From positions 33,666,001 to 33,730,000 of the forward strand of contig JBHGNT010000001.1 of the NCBI GenBank assembly GCA_043228905.1: DNA of 64,000 nucleotides, read 5' to 3'. Shown here one piece after another: positions 14,101-27,336 of this stretch (position 1 is the first letter of the stretch; each line of letters begins with the position of its first letter). This DNA comes from Azolla caroliniana. Taxonomy: Eukaryota > Plantae > Polypodiophyta. The translations under genes and the position numbers were made by a program. The notes beneath the pieces were generated by a model, which was given only the letters and a program-made list of their open reading frames with translations, was not told the origin of the DNA and searched no databases.

Positions 14101-17100
14101 TGTCTAATAGGATATTATCTAGAGGATTTCCTTCCATCTCATAGAATTGTATTGAGTTGTATTCAGATCAACAAGCTTCAAGACTATGTGATAGACCTTG
14201 CACAAGAGGAGATGATGGTCTCCCAAAGGACAAGAAAATGCTTCTGCTAGCACATTCACCCCTCTCCCCCCGAGCTATCCTTGATTGATTACATCGGGGT
14301 AATGCTAGAGATCCTGACTTACTTGAGTTTCTTACGTGCTATAAACTCCACAATCCAATCACCAACAGCTCGGGGATGATGGTCTCCCAAAGGACAAGAA
14401 AATGCTTCTGCTAGCACATTCACCCCTCTCCCCCCGAGCTATCCTTGATTGATTACATCGGGGTAATGCTAGAGATCCTGACTTACTTGAGTTTCTTACG
14501 TGCTATAAACTCCACAATCCAATCACCAACAGCAGTCAAATTGGTGCCCTTTGGAAGTAAATCAACCTGAAAAATAAAAATTAGCGTGTTCCTTTGGAGT
14601 GAAGGCAAGTGCAATGTCAAAATATAAGCTTCTACATATTGCAATCATTATATCCTACCTTGGTTGCAACAAGAACTATTGGGTTAGCTCCAACAATGTC
14701 GCGTATTCGTGTTAAAAAGCTTCCATTGAAGTCAATAATGTCAACCTGTAAACCCAATTGACTCATTGAAACCTTGAAAGTATATGATACCCAAAAACCT
14801 AAATTTTCTCCATTTTAGAGCCATCATTTTTTTAAATGTTAGATAGAGCATACCAATTTTACGATCAATGCCTTCTCATTACAAAGATGTGACAGTTCCA
14901 TACGAAGTTGCTCAGCAGAAACGAACCTTTTTCCACCACCATAACCACCATGTCCACCAACAGCAGGAATCATTTGGCCATGTGCCAATGAGCGACATCT
15001 TCCACACAAAACTGTCCTCAGTTGATGATGTTTCTGTTTCTATTTCACAGGAAACAGGATGTCATAAGTCAGCACTCAATCAATTTGAAAAATAACTCAA
15101 TAATCCATAAATCAAAATGAACTACCCACGAGTTCATGTTGATCATCAAGGTATAAATCAGATGGTTTATCATTTTCAGTTATCCAGAAGGATGTCTTCA
15201 AAGAAAATCAAATCTGCCACACTGATATTCTATTAATACCCCTTGGCATGGGATATAAATGCTCTTGTGTGGGCTGATGCTATCAATTCTCGTTCATAAG
15301 ATCAAACTCCTGAATGTAATGCAAGTTTCAACGTTTTCTCTATGAACTTAAAGTTAACTAATTTGAGCAACTAATTGTATGTTGATCAACTCACAAGAAG
15401 AGAAATATAATGTTAAAGCAACTTATTGCCTTGTTAAACTTGAAGCAACAAGCTTAACCTGTTTGCTGTTGATTAAATTCCCATAAATATAAGCTAATAA
15501 AATGCATAAAGTTGTTTTCGATGCATTTATTTTACTGAATGTGATCTGTGATTAGCTAGTCACAGTAAGTTCTTGGGCAATCTGGTGTTTCTATCTATGA
15601 AGTAAGAACTGGTTTTAGAGTTGACTTTGCATAATCCCTCAAATAGCAAAAAAAATTGCATACAAAAAACTAAATTCGAACCTGAGCTGGCAGCATAAGG
15701 GACACACATAACCTACTACCATGTTCAATCAGACCACATTACATCTAAATTTCTGCCACATATTGCATTTAGTAGCATACAAACAACCAAATTGGATGAT
15801 AATTATGACTCATGACAAAAACATCAGACCCATGAAAGGAGGATGAGGACTTGCTATAACATATCCGCATTATCTGCATGTTGTCTGTCAATGGGGTCCA
15901 TTTCTTCTCGACTATCTTACTGTTGCTTTGAATTGAGGTATTGCCCATATTACTTTGTAATGCATTTCCCTGTTTGAGTTTTCGGAATCATAGTTTTGTT
16001 GGAAAAATCTGAGCGACAATTTTTAATTGAATAGAGGCAAGGTCTTCTAGACCCTCTAAAAATTGAAGGCATAGTTTAGATCGTAGTCCACAACACTTTT
16101 CACTGTGATTTTAGAATATTTCAATCCACCTATAGAAAATTGTCTCATATAGAGGATGAAAGAAGAAATTAGAATTAAGAACCAAGATGATAGATTTCCT
16201 TAAACTTTATGCAGTTCCTAGAGTTCCTTGGAACAAAGAGCTAGAGACCTAAATACATTGTGTTGCATAGTTTATGAGGATGCAATGCTTGGCTCGAGGC
16301 TTGAAACTTGAGCCTGGATTACGAATAATGAAAGAGACTGGTCATAATCCTCTGATCCACAAACTTTTCCATGCCAATCAGTAGGCACGATTGGCAGTGT
16401 GTACAAAGAGGAAACATTAAATTTAATGTGATCTGACTACTTGCACTTAAGATTTGAACAAATTTAGGTTAGAAACACACAACAAAAACCTATATCAATC
16501 TACAGCGATGTAACATATATATCCAAAAGTACACCAGTTTCTTCTTTTCTCTCTAGTATACTTACGACACGTATTGGGCTTTGCTATTACACTTATTGTA
16601 TAAGATAATCATCTCACACGAGAAGAATAAATTCCCCAAGGGTCAAGAATAACCAATTCTGTTAACCATTCTGACAGAAAAGAACATAACACTCATTGTA
16701 TGTTTGCAATATACATTGGATTTTATGATGCAAGATTGTATAAGAATACTAGAAAGCACACTCAATAAAGTTTAAGGATCAAGAATAGATGATCTTGTTA
16801 AACATTTTGAGGGAAAAAACAATCTTAACATACATTGAACGTTCACAATACATATTGCATTTCATGATGCAAGATTGTATAAGAACTCTAAATTGAAGAC
16901 ATGGAAGAAAACGTCAATGAAATTTGAGGATCATTAACAGCCAATTTTGTTGGGCATTTTCAAGAAAACAATTAAAGTTGACATTTTCTGTATGCTTGCA
17001 ACGCATTTTGGAAGTGATAGTTCTGGATTGTATATAAACACTGAATCAAATACTAGAAAGAAAAAAACTCAACTAAGTTGATAACATGTGCATACCATTT

Positions 17101-17491
17101 CATATAAGTCCAAAGGAACATATCCAGGCGCTTCTTCTTCTTCGGTTTGGAGGGTCGCACCACATCCATAGCATCCTACCACTGCCGTTCCTCGCCGTTT
17201 AGATAAGGCCATATAATCCTCTTTCTTCACCTTCTTCTCTTTCGCACGAGAACTTGTCCTGCTTAGGTTATTCTTCCTCTCAGACAAAGCTTTCTCGATG
17301 AAAAGCTCACCCCTGCTCTTCTTCACCAAGGAGGCACTTTGTTCCGTCATTGCGACTGAAGCAGGCAGCTTCTCTGTCTCTGAGCTTCCGACTACGGAGA
17401 GCATCCTAGGGGAGGGAGAGAAGCGTGGTGGTGAGAGAAGGAAGAGCCTGCGATGGCCACTGAATGAGGAGGAGAACTTCAGAGATTCCAT
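11161..17491 (-). CDS. NOA1: NO-associated protein 1 / RIF1, YqeH-type circularly permuted GTPase (plastid/mitochondrial ribosome biogenesis), 595 aa
   Basis: 12 exons, all GT-AG and phase-consistent (1788 nt): 17491-17096, 15039-14854, 14745-14659, 14566-14487, 13519-13438, 13102-13082, 12981-12936, 12813-12695, 12521-12201, 12101-12012, 11924-11824, 11419-11161. Motifs: CYGC...CGRC zinc finger, TKVDLLP (G4), GSANVGKS (G1), PGTTLG (G2), DTPG (G3), DIAISGLGW. Ser-rich transit-peptide-like N-terminus. Confidence 0.95.
13666..14003 (+). mobile_element. Solo-LTR-like element (338 bp) in NOA1 intron 4
   Basis: TG...CA termini with a 7-bp inverted repeat TGTAAGG/CCTTACA and internal TATA-like motifs (TATAAA ~13775, TATAAG ~13795). 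No matching target-site duplication (TSD). Confidence 0.55.
14211..14533. repeat. 159-bp tandem duplication spanning the NOA1 exon 4 3' end and donor
   Basis: 14211-14369 matches 14375-14533, with a 5-bp spacer. Confidence 0.95.
16590..17060. repeat. Degenerate ~135-160 bp tandem repeat (3-4 copies) in NOA1 intron 1
   Basis: Recurring ATTGTATAAGA...TCAAGAATA...CAATTCTGTT...CATTTT blocks near 16596, 16735, 16875 and 17028. Confidence 0.7.
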
Positions 17492-17760
17492 ATCTCAGTC
17501 TGTGCTTAATTTCTCATGTACAGACAGGTTATCTATCCTCTAGGAGTCTAGGAATCACACACACACACACATACAGAGACAGAGACAGAGGCAGAGACAG
17601 AGAAAGAGAGAGGTGGTTTATGAGGTTTTGGATATTTACCACTATAGCCCTCCTCCTTTTAGATATTTACCACAATACCCCTCCTTATTTTAGATATTTA
17701 CCACCATACCCCCTCCATGTCTTGCCTCTACTCCTCCTGCGTACTCTCTCGGATGTCTTC

Positions 17761-18026
17761 GCATTAGTTGTAGTACTTGGAATGTGCTTGGCAATGGGAT
17801 TAGTTGGCCCTGCGTAAATTGTAGTGTAGTACTTGGAGTGTGTTTGGGCATGGGATTAGATGCCCCTTTTGCGTAAGTTGTAGTACTTGGAGTGTAATTG
17901 GGCATGGGGTTAGATGCCCCTTTTGCGTAAGTTGTCGTACTTGGAGTGTGTTTGGGTGTGGCGTATGTTGACCCTTGCGTAAGTTGTAGTACTTCTAGTG
18001 TGTTTGGGCATGGGATTAGATGTCCC
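17761..18026. repeat. ~54-bp minisatellite, 5 copies
   Basis: Unit GCGTAAGTTGTAGTACTTGGAGTGTGTTTGGGCATGGGATTAGATGCCCCTTTT repeated with variation. Confidence 0.9.
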
Positions 18027-19675
18027 TATGTGTTTTAGTCGATCTATTCCAACACCACTTCCATAACCATCCGCACTCAATGTGGGGTCTCTATTCGCCT
18101 CGTTAAAGGTCACTTCGGTCACCAACATTTCACTGATTTCTAATATGCATTGCAATTCTTCCATCATCCTATCAATGTCACCTTGAGACAATGATTAATA
18201 CGTGGAGTTTTTCCTCGCCTAAATAGCTTTTAAATGTACGCTTGCCTAACATGTGCCACACTTCATTGCAACTAATATTTGCCTCACGATTGTTTTTTAC
18301 ACAACAAACTTCATGTAAGATAACCCCATTGCCTCCTCTAAACATTGATGACTTCTACACATTGATAAAGCCAAGGTTGTCACGCTACACTAGACCCCAC
18401 CCCAAATTGTTGGGTTAAAAGGCCTACTTCTGACCGTTGTACTTCTAGTGTGAAACCTAATTGGAGTTAGGGCTAAGTACCCTCATGTATAAATAGGAGG
18501 TACTTTCCTCCATGTACAACTGACGAATAATACATATATTCTCTTTGTGTGTATTTTTTGTGTAATTCTCTTTGTGTGTATTTTTTGTGTATACTCTCTG
18601 TGTGCATATCTAACGTAAGCTGCAACAGAACTATACACACAACCTCACGCTTACTCAACACTTGATTGCTCCACAACAACAAGATCCACTCATGCTTCCG
18701 CAATAGTCAACTACAATTGGCCAACTAGCTACACATAGTAGTCGACCAGACACAAATAGTGTCCGCACAAACCTCACTATTGGGATAACCCTTCTTGCCA
18801 AAGTCCTGCTCAATTAACCAGCTTGCCTTCATTTGTGCCCCCCCCCCCCCAATTTCTTATTCCCTCACACAACATTGCATTGCCCTATCAAACCCTTACC
18901 TACACCAACTATGTTTCCCACCCATGTCACACTCTAACAACCTTGACATTAGTGTACACCCATTAGGCTAGGGATGGATGTTAACCAACTACCATACAAT
19001 CAATATCCACACTGTTCAATGCCATGCACATAGGGATATGTATCCAATTGGCAAATTTGGTAAGAGGAAAATGAGAGAATAGATTGGAAGACCCAAGCAA
19101 TAGGACTTAGTGATCACTTAGATGTAAATCGACAGTAACTGCAATGTAAATTTGTACTATAAAACTCCCTTTTTAGAGCATTCTCACATATTTTCTTGAT
19201 CTACTCCACGTAGAGCTAAAGTTTATTCACTCCCCAATCCTAATCCTTTCCTCAATGTACTCAAGCCTCTTATACTTAGTTGGCCATATTGGTGATACTT
19301 GGATGTGTTGCTTTTGCTTACTCATATTTTTTCATCATTTACTTTGGTTAATGAGTCGGTGAGTTGTTCAAGCAAGGTTAACCTTGCCTCAATTATTGGT
19401 GACCGCAAGAGTGTCAAACGTGAATATTACTTAAGCGATTATAAATTAGAATCAATGCCAACACACTTGGGGTGATTTGACGATGTAAATATTGCTTAAG
19501 TGTTTAGCATCAATGCCAATGTGCTTAGGGCTGATTTGACATCTAATAAACCTATTGTAGACATCATGGGAATAAGGGTAGATGATATCATGTTGGCTTG
19601 GTCGAAGGATACTCAATGTAGATAAGAGAAGAGGGTTCTACTAATGAAGAGGAGTATTGGGGAAGAACTCCTAAA

Positions 19676-19709
<34 letters not shown>

Positions 19710-20269
19710 AAGAAAGACATATTGTCGTCTTCTAAGACCAAAATTGGCCCATGAGACAATTGGTTACAACAAAAATGGGGTATTTACCCATTCATTGAAA
19801 GTAAAAAAGAAAAAGAAAAAAAAGAGCTTAAGCTAAACAGTTCTAGTAAAAAGAAACATTTTCTATAAGGAAATGGCTTTATATTAGGCCTAGTGTCATT
19901 TCCATCCAAGTATTTCGAAAAGAAGCGGGAGGTCAAAGGGTTTCACTGTGGATGTAGCCCGTGGTCCAATGTAAAAGGTAGCCCAACCATAGCTTCTAAG
20001 CGGCGTAGCTCACGTTCCTTTATCTTCTTAATCGTTTCTACTCCACGTCGAGTGGCTTTGAAGCCCAACATAAGAGGGCGTTTGGTTGTTCTTTGCATTT
20101 CCGCTTCATCAAGAGAGAGGCCGAGTGGTGTAGGTGTGACCACATTCATCGTCTCCCCTTGTTCCTAAAAATTACATTAGTTACATAGAGAGATATTGAA
20201 AATTGACGGGACACCAGTTGCGATTGTCCCACGAGCAACCATCTCTCCCTCCTCTCATTGCCCACATCT

Positions 20270-20820
20270 GTATATACATACATATACCACACATGCACAC
20301 ATGTGTATACACATATTGATATAATACATATACAAATGTAGTACTATATGGAGAATGTAGTATATACATATATATGTAGTATGTGTATATACATATACTA
20401 CAACATATGTATATGTATTACATGTATACTGTACTACTACATATGTACATATTGATATGATTTCACATAACACATATGTATAGGTGGACCGTAGCATAGT
20501 ACGTAATATACTCGAATGCATTGGCAAACATTCATTTTCATACGAATGAATACGAATGAGTATGTTATCAAAACATTCGTATGTTTTTTTTTTTAAAACA
20601 CTTTTTACCTTAACTTTCTTACCTTAGAAAACAATTTACCTTATAATAAATATATGTATAATGAATACAAAAGTATGGTAATATACCATACGTTGAGGGT
20701 GTTTACCATACTCGAATGGTTGAAGCATTATCGAATGCGAATACACGTATGGTACGTATGGTTCACACTATGGCACTGTCACTGTAGTATATACATATAA
20801 ATTATAATGATATATGTATA
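20270..20820. repeat. TA/CA-rich low-complexity tract flanking a possible MITE (~20489-20773)
   Basis: TATACATA-type runs surround a segment with repeated CGAATG/CATACG motifs and weak CCGTAG...CTATGG ends. Confidence 0.4.
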
Positions 20821-20879
20821 TGCCTTTGGAGAGAGAGAGAGAGATGGAGTTCTGAATTGTCCTCTGCTCTAACTCTCCA

Positions 20880-23800
20880 ATGGAACCAAGCACTGTTCTT
20901 CCTCCTCCTCCTCCTCCTCTGCGATCTTTCCTCAACCATCACTTCAGATCGGTAGATGACATAGCCAACGCCCCTTCTCTTCTCACACGTCTCTCCGACG
21001 AGCTCCGCGAGTGCCAGGACCGCCTCTCATGTCTCCATGCCTCCACCGCAGCTGCCCTCTCCGCCTGGGCGGGCACATCTTCTTCTGTGGCATCCTCCCT
21101 CTCTTTGGTTGAGCGGAAGTTGCTGGAATTTGAAGGCAGAAGCTCCCCTACTTTTCTCACTGAGGATTCCGATGGCGGTGATCTCTTTGGTCGCCTCCCT
21201 GTTCTTGCTGCGGAGGTTGCCAGGGTCGAGCGGGTCCGGCTCTATGCAGGTAAGATCTGAATGATAACAATGGCGATAGGCAATGGTGGTGGTGAGCAGG
21301 TAAATTCAAGAAGAATGATTAAGAGGAATTCTTTTGCACTTTTAGATTCATGAATGATGAGCAGATGCTTATTTAATTAGAAGAAAGAGAAGAAATAAAT
21401 TTTTGATTTTTTTATGATAGATATGATGAGTATGAGAGTAATGGTAGGAAAAACCCAAGAAGTTCAAGAAGAAGATGATGATTAAGAAGAGAAGCTGCAC
21501 GTTTATATGATAAATGTGTTAAGTGCTTATGCATACCTAAACTAGGAGAAGGAGAAAGTAAAGGGAAACCATGTATTTCTATGGTAAATATGTGTTCTTT
21601 ACCATACACAACTAAATAAGAAGAAGAGAAGGAGAAAGTATTGATTTTTATGATAGGCTTGTAATGAGCATATTCATAAGTCATTAAATTTGGAGATAAT
21701 GAAGGGTAGCGTAGGTCCTCAAGAAGAAAGACGAGGGTGAGGAGAAGAACTTGTTGATTTTTATGTAGATGTATTAGGAGCATATCCATAACTAATTAGA
21801 TAGCACTCAATCAAGGGTAGATAGAGTAGGACTAGCCTACACAATCAATGAATCATTTTTGGAGTCTGAAGTAATGCTAACGGCTAGTGGCCTGCATAAT
21901 TAGTTGAAGCAAGTTCTGAAGAAACTAAGAAGAGGATTAGTTGCTTTTTATAATAGTTCATCATTCAGTTATCATGACAAATGATGTCCTCATTGACCAA
22001 AACTAAGTTAAATAATATATTTTTAAGCTTCCTGATTGGAAGTCTTTATGGAATAAACAAAATATAACAAAATGGTATAAAATTCCTACAAAAGTTCATA
22101 ACATTCTTATGATTTTCGATCAACTCATGCTTGAAAAGGGAACTCCATTGACTAATACAATTTTTTCCCCGGAATGGAAATGATTTGGACATAGAACCTG
22201 GGTTTTGCATTTACATAAAGGGCTTGATATCCCTTGTGCAGGGTCTTTGTGTATCATTCCTCAATCTTATGTAATTAATCAGTTATCGCATCATCATGAG
22301 TCATAACAGAATGAGACCATGATAACTCCTCCCTTGGAGAATGTCCAACTACTAATCGCAGGATTTCCATCACAGAAACAGCACTTCAATTGGAAGCTCT
22401 TGTTGGCGATCTTGAAGATGCAGTGTCGGCAGTTGTCATCGGAACTCCGAGAATCCAACTTCCAAGGAAAATGGGGAATTCACCGGCACCAGAGGTGAAT
22501 GGACAGAATCTTTTGTTCATTCATGGGAAACTTCATTTTGTTGTGATGCACAGCTTCACATTTGCAAATTTTATATGGGAAAATTCTAATGGCTGACGTT
22601 TCTTTATTTAACAATCAAGACACGGCACAAAAAACCACAACTATTTTTGTGTTTGAAATATAGGATTTATATTAACTTTTAGAAATAGGCTTCTTATGTA
22701 GAGAGGCAACTCCTGCAAACATGTTCCCCAATGTTTAGGAAGTCTCAGAAATTATGTAAACACATAAAACATCTGGTGTAATCTCTAGTATTGTGAAGTA
22801 TACATTCAGGCCTCGTAGCCACATTTCATGTTTGTTGATTGAGAGAATTTTGAGAGCCATGATCATAATGGAGGCTTGAGGTATCCCAAAAGATGTGTCG
22901 AGAGCATGTACATATGTAACAAGGAATTGGAAAATTTTCGGCATTGTCAATTTGTTCCAAGATCTGAAGTAACACATGATTGTAGAAGAGCGATACTCTC
23001 TCCCTCCCTTCCTGAAGAAAGAACCATGATGGCCAAAAATGAAAATTAGGATTACTTATTTGCATACAACTTAGAAAGTAACTCAGGAATCATCGGCAAG
23101 TTTAATATCTCAATTCATGTTGCAGATGAGTTGGTGGGAAATGAAATCCTCAAATGAGTAGGATGCCCTCTCTTGAGTAGTATGAACCCCATTGTTAGCG
23201 CACATTGATAAATAATTAAATGGCCAGTACATCTGTACAGTGATCAAGTACCTCTATAAAGTTCAATATGATTGACTTGGTGTAACAAAAGTAGACCGTG
23301 CAAGGAGAATAAAACTTTTAATATCATGAATGAAAGAATGCAATCCCTTCAAACGATGTATGTGCCTAGAATGCAACCCTCAACTGCATTAGAAGGGTTG
23401 TGATGTGTCAACATTTGGATCTTTATGTTTTAAGATCATTTGCTGGACATACATATGCCTTTTATTTTCTCCATCTGCCTTTACGCCCTCACCTTTTGCC
23501 ATAAGCTTCAACCAATCAAAACTTTACATTAGTGCATGTAACATTGAAGTATACTGAAATTATATCTACTCATTCATTCCTATCTTTCCTATATGACTTC
23601 CAACTAAACTAGTCCTTCAGACTTACTTGAAGCAGAAAAACTCATGTATACAAAACTCTCCTTTAACTATATGCATTTCTTGTAACACATGCATTTCCTT
23701 ATAAATGAACTATAGCTATAAGCTAATGATGTGGCCGTTCGTTGCAGGTTCTTATTGATCTATCCAGCAAGTTCTCTTCAGCAATAGCTTCTCTTCAAAA

Positions 23801-25817
23801 GATAGAGGATGTTATTGGTGAGACAATAAAATCCTGGCCACAGTGGAAGAGGTTATTAGTGGCAGTGGATATACGAGTGGACAAAGCTGTGGCTTCCCTT
23901 AGACCATCGGCAATTGCAGATTATAGATCAAAATTAGCAGAGATCAGGTGGCCACCACCACTTTCTGTAGGAGTCATTCAAGAGGGTGCTCATTCAGATT
24001 TGAAGACAGAGAACCCTCTTGTCAAGCTAAACAGTGAGATGAAACAGAAATTTGAGAGTAGTTTTGTATCGTTATCGGCATTGCAAGCATTGCAATGCCG
24101 CCGTAAGGCTAGACAAGCAATAGAGGTCTCACATAAAAGCCCAGGAAATGGGAATTATGGACATGATCATGAAATATTGTGGGCAATCGAGGAGATGATG
24201 GCACTCATTAGTTCAAGGGCAGCTGTCCATTTCCTTAAGTGGTCTGAGAACCCAGATCTTATTTTTGGCTTAGCTTACCAGGTAGCACAGCAACATGTAG
24301 AAATTATTGATACAGTTCTACAACCTATGCTAGATCAGGTCAGGCTAGCTGGTTACTGCGTGCGAGAGGAATGGATATCTGCAGTAGCTGTAATGCTTAT
24401 GAATCATCTTCGATCCCACACTCTGCCTGAGCTTGTGGAGAAACTTTCAGATGATGTGAAAGGCAAGGAAGAATCATCATTTTGGCTTCACATAGTAGAC
24501 CTGGCAATATCCTTTGATAAGAAAATGCACAGTCTTTCGTCGAAATCAATAGGTCCTTTAGCATCGAAGGTGGAATTGGATTTCTTTGATGAAGATGCTG
24601 CTGGTCTTGAATCGGTTATAAAATGTGTGTCTGTTTTGGGAGAACGGAAAGAATGGTTAGATCTGTGGAGTCAATTAGAGCTGGTTGATGCCCAAAGGAA
24701 ACTTAATAGAGAACTACAGGAGGAAAGAGCCTGGTCTCACTACAACCCATCTGATGTAGTCAGCTCTGCAGTTCAAAGAACTTCCTTTGAACAAGAAGAC
24801 TACAGGCACCCACAAGGTGCAGAGGCAATTATGCTTAGGATGTGGACACTTATTAATCGATGCAGAAGTCTTCCTAGAGAGGATTGGAAGCTTGAATTCA
24901 TTAGAAATGTGGGGTCTCCTTTTGTGAAAGACTTCTTGGGCACTCTACTACAAAGATGCCAAGAAGCCGAAGCTACAACTGCCCTCTCAGAGGAGGGTGC
25001 GGTAGTGAAAGTTGTTTCTTGCATTAATGCTTCATGCTATTGTGAGCATAAACTACTAGAATGGAGTGAAGATGTCTTCTTCCTAGATTTAAGGCGGCTT
25101 CAAATCTCATTGGCAGACAATCAATGCAATTCAAAGATTAGTGGGGTGAAAGTGTTGCAATCTGGGGAAAGCTTGGTTTCTGTACAAGGTTGTGTTTTCG
25201 ATGAGGAGTTATCATGTTTAGTGCAGTTTAAGAATGAGTGGCTTCAGAAGGTTGTATCAGCAACAATAAGAGCATTTGATGCATGCTGCCAGGACTACCA
25301 ACGAAACAAGAAACGATGGCAAGAATATAAACATAGCTTGGACATAGTTGATACCACAGTCTCATCCAGTTTTATAGATGCCCTTGCTATGCTTCAGTTA
25401 AGGGTGAGAATGCTCAGCAGTTGCCTTGGAGGAGTGATATTTGTAGACTTTTGGCGTGGTTTGGCTTTAGGCTTGGATCAGTTTTTCCTAAATTCAGTAA
25501 TTCTAGGTGGGGCACGATTTTCGGAACTTGGCAGTACACAGCTTGCTTGTGATATACATGCTCTCTTCCAAATTTTCAGACCTTTTTGTGTTAGACCTTC
25601 AAGCTTCTTTCCAAGCTTGGGTGACACTGTTATATTGCTAACTATGCAACAAGATGATGTTCTGCAATTGCAGCAGAACTTATCAGGTTCTAGCTGGGGT
25701 TTCCGAGATCAAGGAGATGAAGATAGATCAGCAAGATTAAAAGAATGTGGGTTAAGATGCATTGATACAGGATTAGTAGCTAAAATACTATCTTTGAGAA
25801 CCTTTTCAAAGACTTAA
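20880..25817 (+). CDS. MAG2: RINT1/TIP20-like protein (MAG2/MAG2L family), Golgi-to-ER tethering, 852 aa
   Basis: Exons 20880-21249, 22376-22494 and 23748-25817, GT-AG and in phase. LAAEVARVERVRLYA-ETALQLEALVGDLEDAV, WPPPL and FWRGLALGLDQFF match plant MAG2/MAG2L. The exact paralogue is not resolved. Confidence 0.92.
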
Positions 25818-25961
25818 CTTAGTAGCTTAGCTATACATTGAAAAGTGCGTATTTTGTAGATGCCTTGATACAGGATTAGTAGCTAAAATACTATCTTTGA
25901 GAACCTTTTCAAAGACTTAACTTAGTAGCTTAGCTATACATTGAAAAGTACGTATTTTGTA
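25755..25961. repeat. 103-bp tandem duplication including the MAG2 stop codon
   Basis: 25755-25857 is repeated at 25858-25961 with about 2 mismatches. Confidence 0.92.
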
Positions 25962-26399
25962 TCATAGTATAAGCCTCTTTTTTAGTTTTATAAATTCAGA
26001 GAAACAAAGATTGCTGTCTCATGCACATACAGAACCATAACCGACAGATATTCATGCTTACGTATTCATTTTCTTTTAAATTTGAAGGGTAGTTTTAAGA
26101 GGACACACTTTCCTTAATGATCTAGAATTGGAGTTTTGCGTAAAGAATGCCATATTAGGTCATGTAATAGGTTGTGATGTGAAGATGGCAATATCCACAA
26201 AGCAAACTTGAATGAACAGTTTAGTGATGTGCAAATGTGGTTATTGAGTGTCCATCACTAGTGAGATCTGCAAAGCCCATGCATTACATAAATGGATTTG
26301 TATAGTGAACAAGTGATGCATAAGCCCATGTAAAGGATTGAGCTAGTAGGTACCAAGGAACATGTGTATGCTCACATTTTGAATTTCTCCAGTCTTAAA

Positions 26400-26660
26400 G
26401 ACACATTATGACTTGTTGGAATCAAGTTTTGAAGATTTAGTACAAACCTATAAGGATCTATAATGTGTGGTTATTTGGGAGCTTTCAATGTTGGGGATAT
26501 GTAAAGGGCATTAGGTACACTCTTTAACACCTATATGAAGGGCATTACTACCCTCATTATGCCTTCTATAGACACCATTGAGAGTCTATTGGTGAGGCTA
26601 AGCTTTCTTTTTCCCAAGGTATAACATACAGTAATATTCAATGGTATGGGACTTATTTGT
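26400..26660 (+). mobile_element. Degenerate LINE APE-endonuclease-like fragment
   Basis: Broken frames give GAFNV (cf. GDFNA) and VIFNG (cf. LxILNG). Short and decayed. Confidence 0.35.
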
Positions 26661-27336
26661 GATGCAATGGAATTAATGGACAACAAAGAGAAGACTTATT
26701 TGTGATGCAATATATGAAATAAGAGGTTAAGGTGCAACAAAAAGTAGAGTTTAATGCTAAATCAGCAACTTAACTCCTCATGTGGTTTCTCTGTCTAACG
26801 CCGCTTTGCCAAGTGATGAATATGCTTAGTTGGTGTGGTGCACACCGTGTGCCAAAGGCAGCATAATATTAAAGTTTCTATTTTACTTTCCACGCATCAT
26901 TAACAATTATCTGCATTATGATAATAAATGAAGAACAAAAAATATATAATTAATGGCAATTTTAGGAATAAAGACATACATAATAAAGGATTGTGACTCT
27001 CGTGCGTTAATACTTCCTAGCATTTCTACATGCCTAATGCAATGTTCATACACACCATTTTAACCATTAATAGGTTTAAACTGGTAACGTCTGTAATATT
27101 ATACATGGTGTATAGAATTCTGACTATCTTGCAAGAGGTTGCAACTCGTTACAATTTGCAAAATGCATTTGAATCGGTGCATGAAATATTTGGGTAGAAT
27201 AAAATGGAATTTGCAGCCATCACTCCAAAGAAGCTTTCAAGAGATTGTAGCCTGTTGCAAAATCAGCGTTTTAGGCAGGAAATCAGTGGTTTCAGCAGGT
27301 AACACAACCTAGCAGAAGAAAAATATTTGCACAAAC

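Noticed and set aside
17761-18026. Regularly spaced repeats resembling a CRISPR array
   Set aside because: Whole units are repeated with no unique spacers, there are no cas genes, and the context is eukaryotic; this is a minisatellite.
18150-18191. LSQGDIDRMMEE resembles the HSP70 LSxEEIDRMV motif
   Set aside because: Only about 10 residues match, and the flanking sequence has no HSP70 similarity.
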